This document shows, in pieces, positions 14,101-26,104 of a stretch of DNA of 64,000 nt (position 1 is the first letter of the stretch; every line of letters starts with the position of its first letter). Below the pieces are notes generated by a model, which worked only from the letters and a program-made list of their open reading frames with translations, was not told where the DNA came from and did no database searches. The DNA comes from Takakia lepidozioides (Eukaryota; Plantae; Bryophyta): NCBI GenBank assembly GCA_030704615.1, contig CM060733.1:37820001-37884000 (forward strand). Reading direction: 5' to 3'. Both the position numbers and the translations under genes were made by a program.

Positions 14101-15617
14101 GAGGATCCTAGGAAAGTGATTAAGCTTGCATTGAATGCATAGAAGTGTCTGTGCGTGCGAGGGAGAGAGAGGGAGATTGCTAAGACTGATAATGAGGAGG
14201 AAGGAAGCATGTGAACAAAGAGTACAGAGGATTGTACCCTTGGAGATGGAGGGATCAGAGCCAAGTTTAGAATACAGCACTTCTTGGGATGCTATAATAG
14301 CTGCTTTCTTAGACACCACCTGTCCACCCCAACACAGCCTGCTCAGTACTTTAGCTGCAGGAACAGCATTAATTCATTAGTACATACATCCAGCTGATGT
14401 GCATGCAGGTATTCTCCTCAGCTTGTCTGCAAGGACAAAAGATGCTGCCCTTTGGTTGGGGGTTTGATGACTACTTGCACAGGTAGAATCCTAACATGAG
14501 GCAATAATTCCCTTACCACATGGAAGTAAACCATACACAATGTCAAAAGATAATGACATGAGAGTGAGAAACTTGGAACTGGAGGGGAAGAGTTGTAGCA
14601 GAATCTGTGAAGACCAGAAAAAAGACACAATGATTGAAAATGCAGGTCTGAGAGACACACTGTCCCACTCCATACAAGTGCTTCATAATGCCATTCAAAA
14701 CTACCATAGCAACGCAGTGTCACTGAACAGAGAGTCCTGGGGAAAGCTATGTGACCGAAGGTAGAGTGAGGGCATACCTCCAAAAAGTCAACCTCTACAA
14801 AACGATACGGTGCTCTTACTTCGTCCTGTAGGAAGTGAACACGCCCTTAAACCCCAGTCCCGCAATATTCTATCTCTGTCCCCAACATATCTATATCTCT
14901 CAACAATGATCTCAAAAGAATACCATCACAAATCCAATGCCTTGGACCACTTGCAAGTCAAAGCTTGTTATGCGAAATCGCCAAGTTTGATAAAATGATC
15001 GACGTCTTACCGCCAACTGGAAGAAAGTGGTATCAAATCCAGCCCCAATGGAGAGTATCTGTTTCTCCTGAGGGGGTCCCTCAGAGTCCAACGAATTAGC
15101 CTCCAGGAACTGCAGCAATAGCTTACGAATGGATGCCCACCGCGCATAATAACCTTTCCCCAATCCACTCGATGGAGTCAGCACTGGCACTCTCTCATTT
15201 TCCTCGCTACCCACGTTAAGTCCACCAAGCCTGATGTGACCAGAAATGCGAATCTCTCTCTCCCTCACACATTGCATAAAAACATGGATGTAGAGTACCA
15301 CTCGACTATAAATCAGTAAGGAAAAAAGAGGAGGTAGCTGGAAATGCATACCACGGTTGATGATAGGCGATCGCTTGATCGGCCGCCTCACAAAAAATTG
15401 CACAAAATTGTCGACAATGTACCCTTTCTTGACACACGATCTGCCCCGCCCGCATCCTTCCACTTTCAGCGTCATACTCTACCAAAGTTTTAACAAAAAT
15501 GTTCAGGAACAAAAATTCGAAAGCTCCTGCAAAGTGAAAGGGAGGGAATTGGGAGTACAGTTTACTTGCAGACGCATCGTCGTTGGTGGCCTGCACTGCA
15601 GCGATGCTGGACGCCAT
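11184..15617 (-). CDS. LCMT1: Leucine carboxyl methyltransferase 1 (PP2A methyltransferase), about 12 exons
   Basis: Exons in order: AVQATNDDASASKL; SCVKKGY..RSPIINRG; YYARW..KQILSIGAGFDTTFFQL; DEVRAPYRFVEVDF; VVSKKAAII; HYTLLPADLRDL; LPTLIIGECVLIYL; IHPDDAFGQQM; RGCPLLG; RAMALDM; IERLEIFDEFEEW; EHYCVAYG. Stop position (11184) uncertain because a GTGAG donor is also possible in the last exon. Confidence 0.9.
13204..13265 (-). mobile_element. Minimal 3'-tail fragment of the RTE-X-like family in an LCMT1 intron
   Basis: tactcataagacgttgtttgc...catagaccccgcgccc matches the reverse-complemented family tail and sits in an (AG)n tract. Confidence 0.65.
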
Positions 15618-16514
15618 GCCCCGCTCCCTCCTCTCCTCGCTGCTCTTTGTGTACGTGGCGATTACCTTCCCCTTGTCCACTTGTCTCTTTACATTCCGCC
15701 TGCCTTCCATTTTAGGTCAGGGCTTTCTTGGGTTCCCACGTTCCACTCCACGTTCCCGTTCCCAGTTCATATCATCAGTGATAAGTGATAACGGGTCGGT
15801 CAGGTTTCTTTAACCGCCCAGTTCTTATGGGGGTTACATTAACTCTGATTTGAGTCAATTTTGGCTCATTAGATAGAAAAAAAGTTGTTACAGACGATGG
15901 TATTGGCCAATCTATTAATTGAAAACATTGTACAAGGAATAAGTACTGGAAGAGTGAGAGATCAGTCAGCTGTGGAAGTTGAGAGCGGGATAGGAATGCT
16001 CTGTGACGACAGTCTACTTTCCTGTAGCGTAGACAGTAGAAATTCAGGCATCACATGTAGAGGGGTCATGGGTCTGTCGGGGAAGTTTTTACAAAGTTGT
16101 ATTGCTAAAGACAAAGCCATCTGTTGAAAGAAGTTGCAAATGCTGTCTAAATTTTCACCTTTGATGGATTTGCCCAGCTGGATTCCGGTGATCATTTGGT
16201 TGCCTTGTTCTATCATATTTTCCATGTGAGCTCAGAGTTTACTAGGCTCCCAGATATGATATGTCTCAGCACTTGTGGACGTGCGAATTGCACAGTACCT
16301 GCGAAATCCTAGATCGGTGGTGGTATGTTGTGGATGTTGTATGTTTGCAGTTTGCACCTTGATACCTAGTCACTCCACACATTACCACTGTTGTGTGTAG
16401 AGCAGTGAGTGGGTTTTATCCATATTCAGTAGAGCATACCTATCAAAACGCTTGTATGCAGTAACTTAGTCAAGATCAGACTGGTGATGGCGAATTTCCT
16501 CTCAACACCCATGT

Positions 16515-17656
16515 AGGGAATTCCAAAAAGGCCTTGATGTGAAATGCATCGCAATTCACTTGATCACCCCCTAAAAGTGCGCAATTCAATTGAATTGCAA
16601 GGGCAATTCAATTGAACTAACCCTAATTTGTAATTCAATTGAATTGTCGGCTCGCAATTCATTGCCAATTCACAATTCAATTGAATCGCTAGTTGGCAAT
16701 TCAATTGAATTGCTGACTACAATTGAATTGAATTGTAATCTATAATTTTTAACTTATTTTTGTATATAATATATAATATATACGTACATGTATATATTCA
16801 AATTATATTTATACACATATAAGAGTATAAGCTAAAAATACATGTTGCCTGTCTATTCTTGCTAGCCCTCTTTCTTGTGCCCTTGAGGAAATTGTGGAGT
16901 TGTGAAGCCACCCTCAGCCTCAGCGAGAAAGGGAGAGCCAGAGACGGAGACAGATCAGCAGCTTCCTGTGATTCACTGGCAAAAGAAATATGGCTGGCTC
17001 CGAAAAAAACAAACAAAATCAAACCTGACAATTGATGAAAGGCTTCCCTGCATCACCATGTAGTCCCCTAACACTAGTATCTGGCCCATGACGAAGAAAA
17101 CAAAAAATATGTTCATCTTGAGAATTATCAAAAATTGAGATACCCTTACAAAGGTATCATGCTGAAGTTGGGATGTGTGTTCCATATAAGTTTAATATAT
17201 CAAACTCTTACATGTTGATACTCTTACATTGGTATCATGTTTGGTATATGTACATAGCCATATATTAGCACCAACATCCACAAAGAGAGACAATCCTGCT
17301 TTTACAAGCGCTTCGTGACTTTCTCTCTCCCTCTCTCGCTCTCCCTTAGGCTTATCTTGGGCTCAAGCCTTACCACGGGCAAAGGATTGACAGACGGACA
17401 GCAAGAATAGACGGGCAACATCTATTTTTAGCTTATACTTGTGTATGTATATATGTATAATTTAAATATATACATATATATTATATACAGAAATAAGTTA
17501 AAATTATAGATTACAATGCAATTGAATTGTAGTCAACTAGCGATTCTAGCGATTCAATTGAATCGTGTGCTTACAATTCAATTGAATTGCGCACTTTTAG
17601 GGGGTGATCAAGTGAATTGCGATGCATTTCACATCAAGGCCTTTTTGGAATTCCCT
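16515..17656. mobile_element. Non-autonomous long-TIR (Mutator/foldback-like) DNA transposon
   Basis: Termini AGGGAATTCCAAAAAGGCC...GGCCTTTTTGGAATTCCCT. Inverted homology covers ~16515-16863 vs ~17400-17656. Exact 8-bp TSD acccatgt at 16507-16514 and 17657-17664. Confidence 0.88.
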
Positions 17657-18509
17657 ACCCATGTGCGCTGTAAAGTGAGACATCCCTCTCAAGCTGTAGC
17701 CGGGTCCATCACTTCAGACATGATTGCATTCGACCAAACAAGTTGTGGACGCTATGCCAAAGCAAGCGTAAATTATGGTATCATTTCCAAGGGCTACTGC
17801 CTTCCAGTAGAGGGTGGACGCCTTGCACTGTATAGGCCTACATCGATCTTTGGAGAATTGTGAAATGCGGTCAAAATGTTGAATTGGGACTTTCTTCCCC
17901 ATAAACATTCATGACCCATATTGTGGATTGAGAACGACAGAGTTGATGGCAAGAATGAGCTTTGCTGTAGTATATTTTAGTTTTGATAAGTAGGGTGAGG
18001 AGTGGTTCAACGCGCCGCCATTCACCACCCAGCAGACCAATCAGTTCACACAATCAAACAGGATGCTTTGCAGATCTTTATCTCTTCCACTTGTTCTATC
18101 GTCCCCATTACTGACCCCATTATACTATCTTCGCGCTTTACTACTGACTGGAGACTCTACAGAGTGAAGGGGTTTTGAATGGATCCTGTACAGGTGGAAG
18201 TGCAAGCTCTGGCCAGGCCATGGTTGCAGCTGTAGACAAAAGACTAGAGAAGCTGGTAGAGGAGTAGCAGATTACGTGCGCGTTTCCCTAGAGACCCCGC
18301 AACATCTGGAAGTCGAGAAAGGGTTAGACTTAGAAGATTACCTGGGTGTTTCGAAAGAGACACAACAACATCTTGAAGATGAGAAGGGGCTCATGAACAA
18401 GACGGCTACACATGTGGTGGCTCAGCGCAGCCCTAGGTGGTACACGTGAGAGATTCATCCCTACGGTTTTACATAAGAGACTAAGCTGTTAGACAGCTTA
18501 AAAGACTAC

Positions 18510-19809
18510 ATGCACTTCTCGGAAGCGACAACTCAGGTGTTAGACGTGGAGAGAGGGGAATTGCAAAGGATGGCTACCAGCATGCGAGAGTGGCCAGCAA
18601 AGCTGGAAGACCAACACAGAACAAGTGCCAAGTTGAATGGTTCGGACACCGGGGCGCAGGTGTTCAGGAGCCTTCATGTAAACTCTGTGTTTTTTCACTT
18701 ACAAGTGATGGACCCGATCCTCTGGAGTAAATTCCCAGAGGCCCTCCTGGAACTTGTGTTCGCAAGGTTGCCAATAGCATGCATCTTCCGTCTTCGCTCT
18801 CTCAGCAAACAGTGGGAGTCTCTAATTTTTTTCGCCCAGCTTTCAACAAGCGTTTCACAGCTCATTTCAGCTGATTGGACTCCTCACTGAAGTACTCGGG
18901 GAAGAGCGGTGGTTACGGAAGTAGACTTTTCGACCTCTGGACATTTGATACTCGGTCAAATGGACATCTGATACTTCGTCTTCCATCGGATTTCGAAGGG
19001 TATCCATTTGCAGCCGCTGGAGGCCTCTTGTGCTTTTGTGGGTGGGTGACGAAGACGATGACTTTACGAATAATCATATGTAATCCTCTCACAAGTGCTT
19101 GGCGGGAACTGCCTCCCATACCTGAAGCGTATGCGACGTTTCCCCGAATGTTTCACATGACGATGGACAGCCCTACACTCTCATGGTAGGACGGTCTCCA
19201 TCAGGTTCAAACAATTTGGATTCAATCAGTTTATATCACATCGCTCCGAAACCGACCGCTGGAGCAGCTGGAGCACAACCGATGGTGGCAATGCTTCATT
19301 GTTTGGAACTCTCCCAAAACAATCTCAACAAAAGCAGTTACTGTAAGGAGTTTTGTGTTACCACAGGAGGCAATTCAGGCGTAAGGCTTTTGGACATCCA
19401 AACGGGAGTATGGGGGGACCTCCCAAAGTTACCACCTTCACCGGATGACAATGTTGTGTATATAACCCGAGAGCAAAGCAATGGGCGTGTCTTCGCTTTG
19501 ACTTCCCCCGAGCAGGGTGTGTGGGAATTTCGAAGCGCGGAGCATACGTGGCCGGTGAGGATTACATGTCTCGCCGAGCGTCGTGACTACTACCATGATC
19601 ACATTTTCTTTGTTTGTGGCGATGTGATTCTAGTGGTGGAACAAGCTATTAATGAAGAGATATGGGAGTACATACACCCGCTGACTGTAACGTACAACAC
19701 GTCCAAGGATGAGTGGCGTGAGTTACACAAAGAAGTGGATCGCTACTGCGATAGGGCATGTTTGAATGGAGGATTTATGATTGAGTGTAGGTTTGATGGA
19801 AAACCCTGA
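18510..19809 (+). pseudogene. F-box (kelch/FBA-type) gene with frameshifts
   Basis: F-box MDPILWSKFPEALLELVFARLP..LRSLSKQW, then AAAGGLLCF..IICNPLTSAWRELPP and terminal FDGKP, spread over three reading frames with no intron signals at the shifts. Confidence 0.75.
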
Positions 19810-21655
19810 TCAGATACTCAGTGAGGCGTTGATGTGTGACAGATGCATCACCCAATTTTGTGACATGCACGCCACATCTGTTGTAGTTTTGATCCATCGT
19901 TTGACAGGCTCTACACTCTGTGAATGCAAGTTTGTAATGATCAAAGGACTGTAACAAATGTTGAAGAGGGCGCTCATGACAGTGTGGGCAGTACTCACAT
20001 AGTAAATATTTCTTCAAAGGTAGTACTGTGGCACCTCTACGCACCGTGTACAGAGGGACAATGTCAAGAAAAGATTTATAAATGTGATTGCCACACATAC
20101 CTGTGACAGCAGCACAAGATTTTGAGCTGAAGGCATTGCAACTTCCGCCTGCCAACACGAACCATCCAACTTAAGAGCTGAGAGAGGGAGAAAGTGCATT
20201 TCTCTCTGTTTCCTGTACCAGTGGGGCAGTGAACTCCTTCCCTGGTTTCCATAAGGCAGACAAGGTGAAAACAAATATCTGGAATTGACAGCTTGCCCCA
20301 GACAGCAGTGCCCGATAGCCAATTTGTTAGGTGACTTCATAACTCCATTCCAACGGAGGGGGGAGGGGGGAGACAAAGTGGATGTCACTTCCACTGAAAG
20401 CCAATTGGCCAATAAGAGATAGAGAAGATAGGAAATTGTGAGGGAGAGACTGAGGAGAAGTAGCCAAATCAAACGCAGGCTAAAATGATGAAGTCTGGAA
20501 TTGGGAGCCAAGTAGCTGCCTCATGCTCAGGAGGCCAGTACATGCTTACAGGCAGTATTACGGTCATTGGGGTATTTATATGTGAGAGAGAGATGAGGGA
20601 GGCAGCATTTGTCTCTGTTTCCTGTAGTCTGAGTATTTCCTAGTGCACACTTGTTTTCTGTAGTCTCACAAACTTACTGCAGGATTCTGCCTCCGACTGT
20701 CCAACAGTTATGCAAGTTTGCAGAGTGGGAATTTATATCAACCACATATGTGGTTAACCGTTCTGAAAAGGTCCTTCTCACACCTTCTCTATCTATCAAG
20801 ACTATCAACAAGTTAGAGAAGAGCCTGGGTTGAATTGGAAGTCGATTTCGGGTCTCTTCGGGGGCAGAAAGCAGCAGTCTAGTGGACGATCCTTCTGCAG
20901 TATAGGTTTGCACCTGGTCAAGTCCGGGCCTAGCACCGGAGCCGCATGCACAGTGTGTAGCTTCCTACTACACGACGCCATGGATACTAGCATAATCGCC
21001 CACAACAAGTTCTGTGTGCCCAATCCACGTCCGGGATGCAGTCCTTCCCTACCCATAGTTGTTGCCCACGAATCCAGACACCAACTTGTAAAATATGAGC
21101 TGGACTCTGTGAGAGAAAGCATAGATTGAGAACAATGCCTTCAACTTATATTTCGGACCTTGAAGCCCTGTGCAAAGTTTGGGAGACGCCCAGCTATGTA
21201 AGTATGTATGAGGTGCAAACGGCTCAGGAAGAAGCGACATGCAGTTGCCGCACCATCAGACCGTGTGAGCCACTTTACGTTCATTTCATGCACGGCACTT
21301 GCCCGTCTGTGCCCAACTTGGCAGGGCGGGTTTTGCGTGTTTCTGTGTGAATTAAAGGGCTGTGCACTATTGCGAGGCCGACTGCCCGCCCACTGATACG
21401 TAACCCCAGAAACTGATGAACAATGGCGTGGCCAATTTGCATACATCTCAGCAGCACCGTGCAGTACTTCAAGGAGGACAGCGAGTTGTGCCAGATGACT
21501 GGCACAGGACGGATCTGCGAGGTGAGGATGCGTGCGCAAGAAATGGGTCGGCGATCTGCTGCTGCAGTTTTGGTTGAAGAGAATTGGGTGGGGTTGTGGG
21601 GTTGTGGGAGAAGAATCGAAGATGAAGCAAGGAGGTGGGAGGGAGTGCAGAGTGC

Positions 21656-22880
21656 ATGGTGGCAGTGCTATTTGCGGTAGGGGGAGGTGCTGCAGGGCGG
21701 GGATTTGTGGAGGAGGGAGAGTGTGCTTGTAAATCGCAGCAGGCTAGTGGGTCGCAGAAGAAGACTTTCTTGTCTCCTCCGTTGACGTTCCGTCCTGGGG
21801 ACGTGAACAACAAATTCTTCGTGGTGGATGTTCCGAAGGGCCATGTGGGAGTTAGGGACTTCCATGCGGAGCTTGTGGACGAGAAGGGCTTGTCCGTGCC
21901 TCTGAGCGATGTGTACCTGCATCACTGGGTCATGCGTGAGTACTCTGTACCGATCAACGATGTAGACACCCACAAGGAGATGCTACTGAAATCTATGGAG
22001 AAGAAGCACACTTCAAATTACTCCGCCTCCATTGGAAGCTGCTGGCACTTGCGTGAAGCTCTCAGATGGACAGAGGTTGATACAGCTGTTTGCTGCTGGT
22101 GCGGAGACCAGGCGCACCAAGACAACTATTCCCGCGCCCTTCGCAAGAGAGATTGCAGCTCCTTCCGAGCTTGCTGAGGGTTACGAGTCGATATGGATTC
22201 TTAATGTCCACGGCCTTGACACACGGGGCACCGTCAACAAAATGGGGTGCACTGAATGTCGGTTGGTTCTCTTCTACTCTTCTCAGAAATCTCCTACACG
22301 AGGAAGTTCTTCACAGAAAGACAGAATCTAAGGGCCTCGTCCCCGCCAGACACACATGTCTGTTTTAATGTGCTGTGAAACACTATCGGGAAATAAAGGG
22401 CACCGAAAAAAAGAGTGAGGGTGAGGTTACCAAACTACTGCAAAGTGATATCAAATTTGCTTGTGACATCACAAATAGCTCGGAAGTAGAGACTATAAAA
22501 GTAATTTTTGCCGTGTTAACCCTATTACAAAGGAAGGTAGAATAGAGAAGAATCTACTGGATCGGTGAGGTATAGTGCCTGAACAATCCAATTTCTTTTA
22601 TTATTTCACCCGAATTAGAGGCCATGACAATTTGCAGTCAGTTACTGGATTTGCGGTGAGAGATACGACCCGTCTCATTCCTTGAATACTAATCAGCATG
22701 TCATACTATGAGAATGTACTGGGTACTTGATATCTGTTGTATGGTTGTTCTAATTTGGGAGGACTTCTGTAGGTGTGATCTTTATAATGCGACTGTGGAC
22801 TCCAATGGAGATCCTTTACCAGAAAGTTATCTGGGAGGCCTTATGTGCTGCTCAGATGGGAAGCGCTGTGCTGTGAAGTG
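21656..22880 (+). pseudogene. Stress up-regulated Nod19-like gene, disrupted
   Basis: FLSPPLTFRPGDVNNKF..PKGHVGVRDFHAELVDE.G.SVPLSDVYLHHW, GAETRRT, WILNVHGLDTRG..GCTECR, exon CDLYNATVD..YLGGLMCC. Frameshift near 22030 and stop after RCAVK. Confidence 0.8.
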
Positions 22881-23113
22881 AAGTTTCAAAGATTGTGGAG
22901 GGAGAGCTTTTGCAAATTGAAGTGAAGTACAGCAAAGTAGGGGGTCCCCACAGTGGTGTGATGGGTGTGATGGCCTTGCAGTTGGCTGCTGAGAGGCTTG
23001 CTTCTGTTGTGTGACTCCTGAGCCTTAATAGGTATGGATATTCAGTAGAGATATCTGCTGCCAGCATAAATATTCTTCATTCATCTCTTCCTCTCTTGTT
23101 CTTATGTGTATAT

Positions 23114-23670
23114 GGCAGAAAACTTCCCTGAACTTGTTTCCAGTCAGTGACATGGGGGACGACATCTTGGATGACCTCAAGGGTCTACCCACTCTCGGCA
23201 CTAGACTGAAATTTAAACTCAGGGCAGGAAGCCTACCTTTGAACAGCAAACAGAAGCGGAGAGGAAAGGGAGAGTGCAATTGCTCGTTGTGTGGGCAATC
23301 TGAAGACAGTATTCATTTTCTGATACACTGTCCGGGGTTCTCTCACCAAAGAGACGCTCTCTTCAAATCTATCAAGGGAATTGTGCCTGTACCCCTGTTT
23401 ACCAACTTTGAAAGTCTCCAGGCTGAGCCAAAAGCCCAGGCCCTCCTGAGGCCTAGTTTTTGGGCAAATCACACACAGCAGATTGATGCTTGTGTGAAGG
23501 GATTTCTAGAGGATATCTGGAAAACCCGGATTAATTCTATATATGAAGGTAAGTCTTACTCCAACGTCAGCCCCTGACAGAGGGTAGGTTCTGTCCCTTT
23601 TGTTCCCACTCAAACTGGGTGCAGGGTCAATGGCCACAAGGCTACGGCAAACGTCGTCTTATGAGTACAA
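23114..23670 (+). mobile_element. 5'-truncated RTE-X-like LINE copy (CCHC domain + 3' tail)
   Basis: CSLCGQSEDSIHFLIHC zinc finger and tail ending tcttatgagtacaa. Imperfect TSD tcttatgtgtatat / tcttacgtgtctat. Confidence 0.88.
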
Positions 23671-24469
23671 TCTTACGTGTCTATAGTCCAGTTTGTTCAT
23701 GGTTGATGGTAAAAATGGCCACCATCAAAATTGGCCACATGCTACTGCATTTGTTAAGTAGGATGCTAGGCAGAATTCTCGTGCGTGATAAAGTGTGTGG
23801 ATAATGCAAAGTGTGACCCCCCCATGTTGTGAACAACACCCCTTTATGCACCAGATTGAGGAAAAGGAGTACCGTAGCTGTTGGCCACCACAACAATCAC
23901 TTTTCTTCAAGAAAGTAAGACCTAACTGACTGGAGAAGGAAAAATGTCTGTGTGTGAAAACTTAGAGACACACAAACAGATAAGTATGCACAGAAAAAGC
24001 TGGAAAATAGACGTTTCCAGTTCCTCCATCAGTGTTGGGAAAGTAAGTCCAGAGCAGGGTGGAATTTTACTACACGCATGTCTCGCCACGCAAATTGGAG
24101 TTGGGATCCTTTGAAGACATTGGCTTATAAACTTATTCACCAAGCAGCTTTGAACCATGGAGATATTATATCTAATTCCATTTCCATCCCCCCTTTGTTG
24201 TGATGTCCACTTTTTTACTTGTAAATTTTGGTCGATCGTGTGTGTGTGATCTGAGCTTAGGGCTTTGATTGCTGCAAAGAAGATGTGTACTTAAGGGCAC
24301 TACCACATGAGCGGCAGTGGAAGTCCCCACAACCTGCAGAAGGCCAGCTGATTGGTTGATGGATCGTAAACTAACACCCTCACATACCACACAGGAGGAA
24401 CGGCAACCAGCAGGCAATGTGACGTGGTGCTTATGTGGAGTCTCTTTGTGGAAGTAGGATTTCCAAGGA

Positions 24470-25468
24470 CTACTTAGGGTAGCATGTGCCGTTGGCCCAA
24501 GTGTCAAGTGTCATCTAAGTCCAAGTGTAAGATCTTCTACGTATCGGGAGACCCTCCTGTTTGGGAGATCTAGGCCTAGGGTAGCCTGTGCCATTGGCCC
24601 ATGTGTGAAGACTTGAAATCCAAGCCCAAGTGCAATCTCCTATGTATCCAAGTGCTTCTCCAATGTAGAGGCCCAAGTACGACCTCCAGTGTCCAATGTC
24701 ATCTAAGTCCAAGTGCGTCTCCTATGTCGAGGCCCAAGTGCAAACTCTAGGGTAGCCTATGCCGTTAGCCGAAGTGTCCAGTGTGAAGAATTGAAATCTA
24801 AGCCCAAGTGCAATCTCCTATGTATCCAAGTGTGTCTCCTATATCGAAGCCCAAGTGCAATCTCCTATGTATCCAAGTGTGTCTCCTATATCGAAGCCCA
24901 AGTGCAAACACTAGGGTAGCCTGTGCCGTTTGCCCATGTGTGAAGAATTGAAGACCAAGTGCAATTTCCTATGTATCCCACTACGGCTCCTGTGTCGAGG
25001 CCCATCTAAGCCCAAGTGCATCTTCCGTGTAGAGGCCCAAGTGTCCACTGTCATCTAAGCTGAAGTGCGCCCTCCAGTGTCTAATGGCATCTAAGTCCAA
25101 GTGCGATCCCCTATGCATTCAGAGACCCTGCAATTTGGGAGATAGATCTCCACGTGATTGTTCCAACAAAGCCCACTATGCTTATTTTGCAATCTCCCCT
25201 ATCGAGGCTTCATATATTGATATAGTATCCACTTCAAAGCTATTTTTCGCAAATTTTCAGCAACCAAAAGTAATTGAAATTCCAAATCTCCCACATGAAG
25301 GGCCAATCATTGCTCCAGGAATGAGGATTGTCCAAAAGTGCTCGTGTCTCCATTCTTGCACTCCCTACACAAACTGCAAACACTGAACACTTTTTGAGCA
25401 AATGATGCGACAAATGATGACCCTTAAAGGACGAGACCTATTTTGGTGAGCCACCCCCAAAAGTGTAC
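24470..25468. repeat. Complex tandem array of CCCAAGTG-core units, possibly inside an LTR remnant
   Basis: tagggtagc..tgccgtt.gccc unit at ~24476, 24577, 24748 and 24912, plus many (c/t)ccaagtg cores. TGTACAC start on minus at ~25468. Confidence 0.6.
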
Positions 25469-26104
25469 ATACATGCCTGTCTTGAGCTTTATCTTGCTAC
25501 CCTGAATCATCCAGAAATTTGAACCTTACAAATACATTCCTAACTACCACATCCATCTACACCCAGAAAATCAGGAAGATCCACTGTTGGAAATGGGTAG
25601 ATTATAAGCTAATTGTGTTGTGGATTTTTGAAGCCCACTCAGATATTTTACCCACAATACATGATTGACCATGGCTTCTTTGGACCATCCGGATTTTCCA
25701 TATGTGAACTGAGGGAAGATTCTTATTCTTGGGCATATGCTTGGTGATGTCCAAGATAAAAAATCCAAGATTCCCTAGGGGTTGCTTTGTATGTGCAAAT
25801 GGGGGTGGGGGATTTCACATCCATATACACTCTAGAGACAAATGCCACCATCTATGAAATTTTGGGAGGAATCAGGTTCCCTCCGGTTGGTAGCTGCATT
25901 GTAGCACTGAGTACAAGCTAGGGAAAAAAAAATTGATTACGAAAATATCTCAACCTGGGATGTGTTGTTTACTGAATTATTGAGTCCAAGCCAACTCAGG
26001 CCACGTCATCAAAAACCAAGACATTTGAATTGTCGACTTGCAGTGGGTGTTGTGAGTGCACCCGGGCCCCACGCAAGTCCCCTCAATTCCCTCGCTGGCG
26101 CCCG

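Noticed and set aside
20180-20630. ~35-bp imperfect direct repeat (gcattt.tctctgtttcctgta) and possible miRNA-like sequence
   Set aside because: The repeat is direct rather than inverted, and I recognised no conserved plant miRNA.
24470-25130. Repeat-spacer appearance suggesting a CRISPR array
   Set aside because: Eukaryotic context, degenerate repeats, non-unique spacers and no cas genes.
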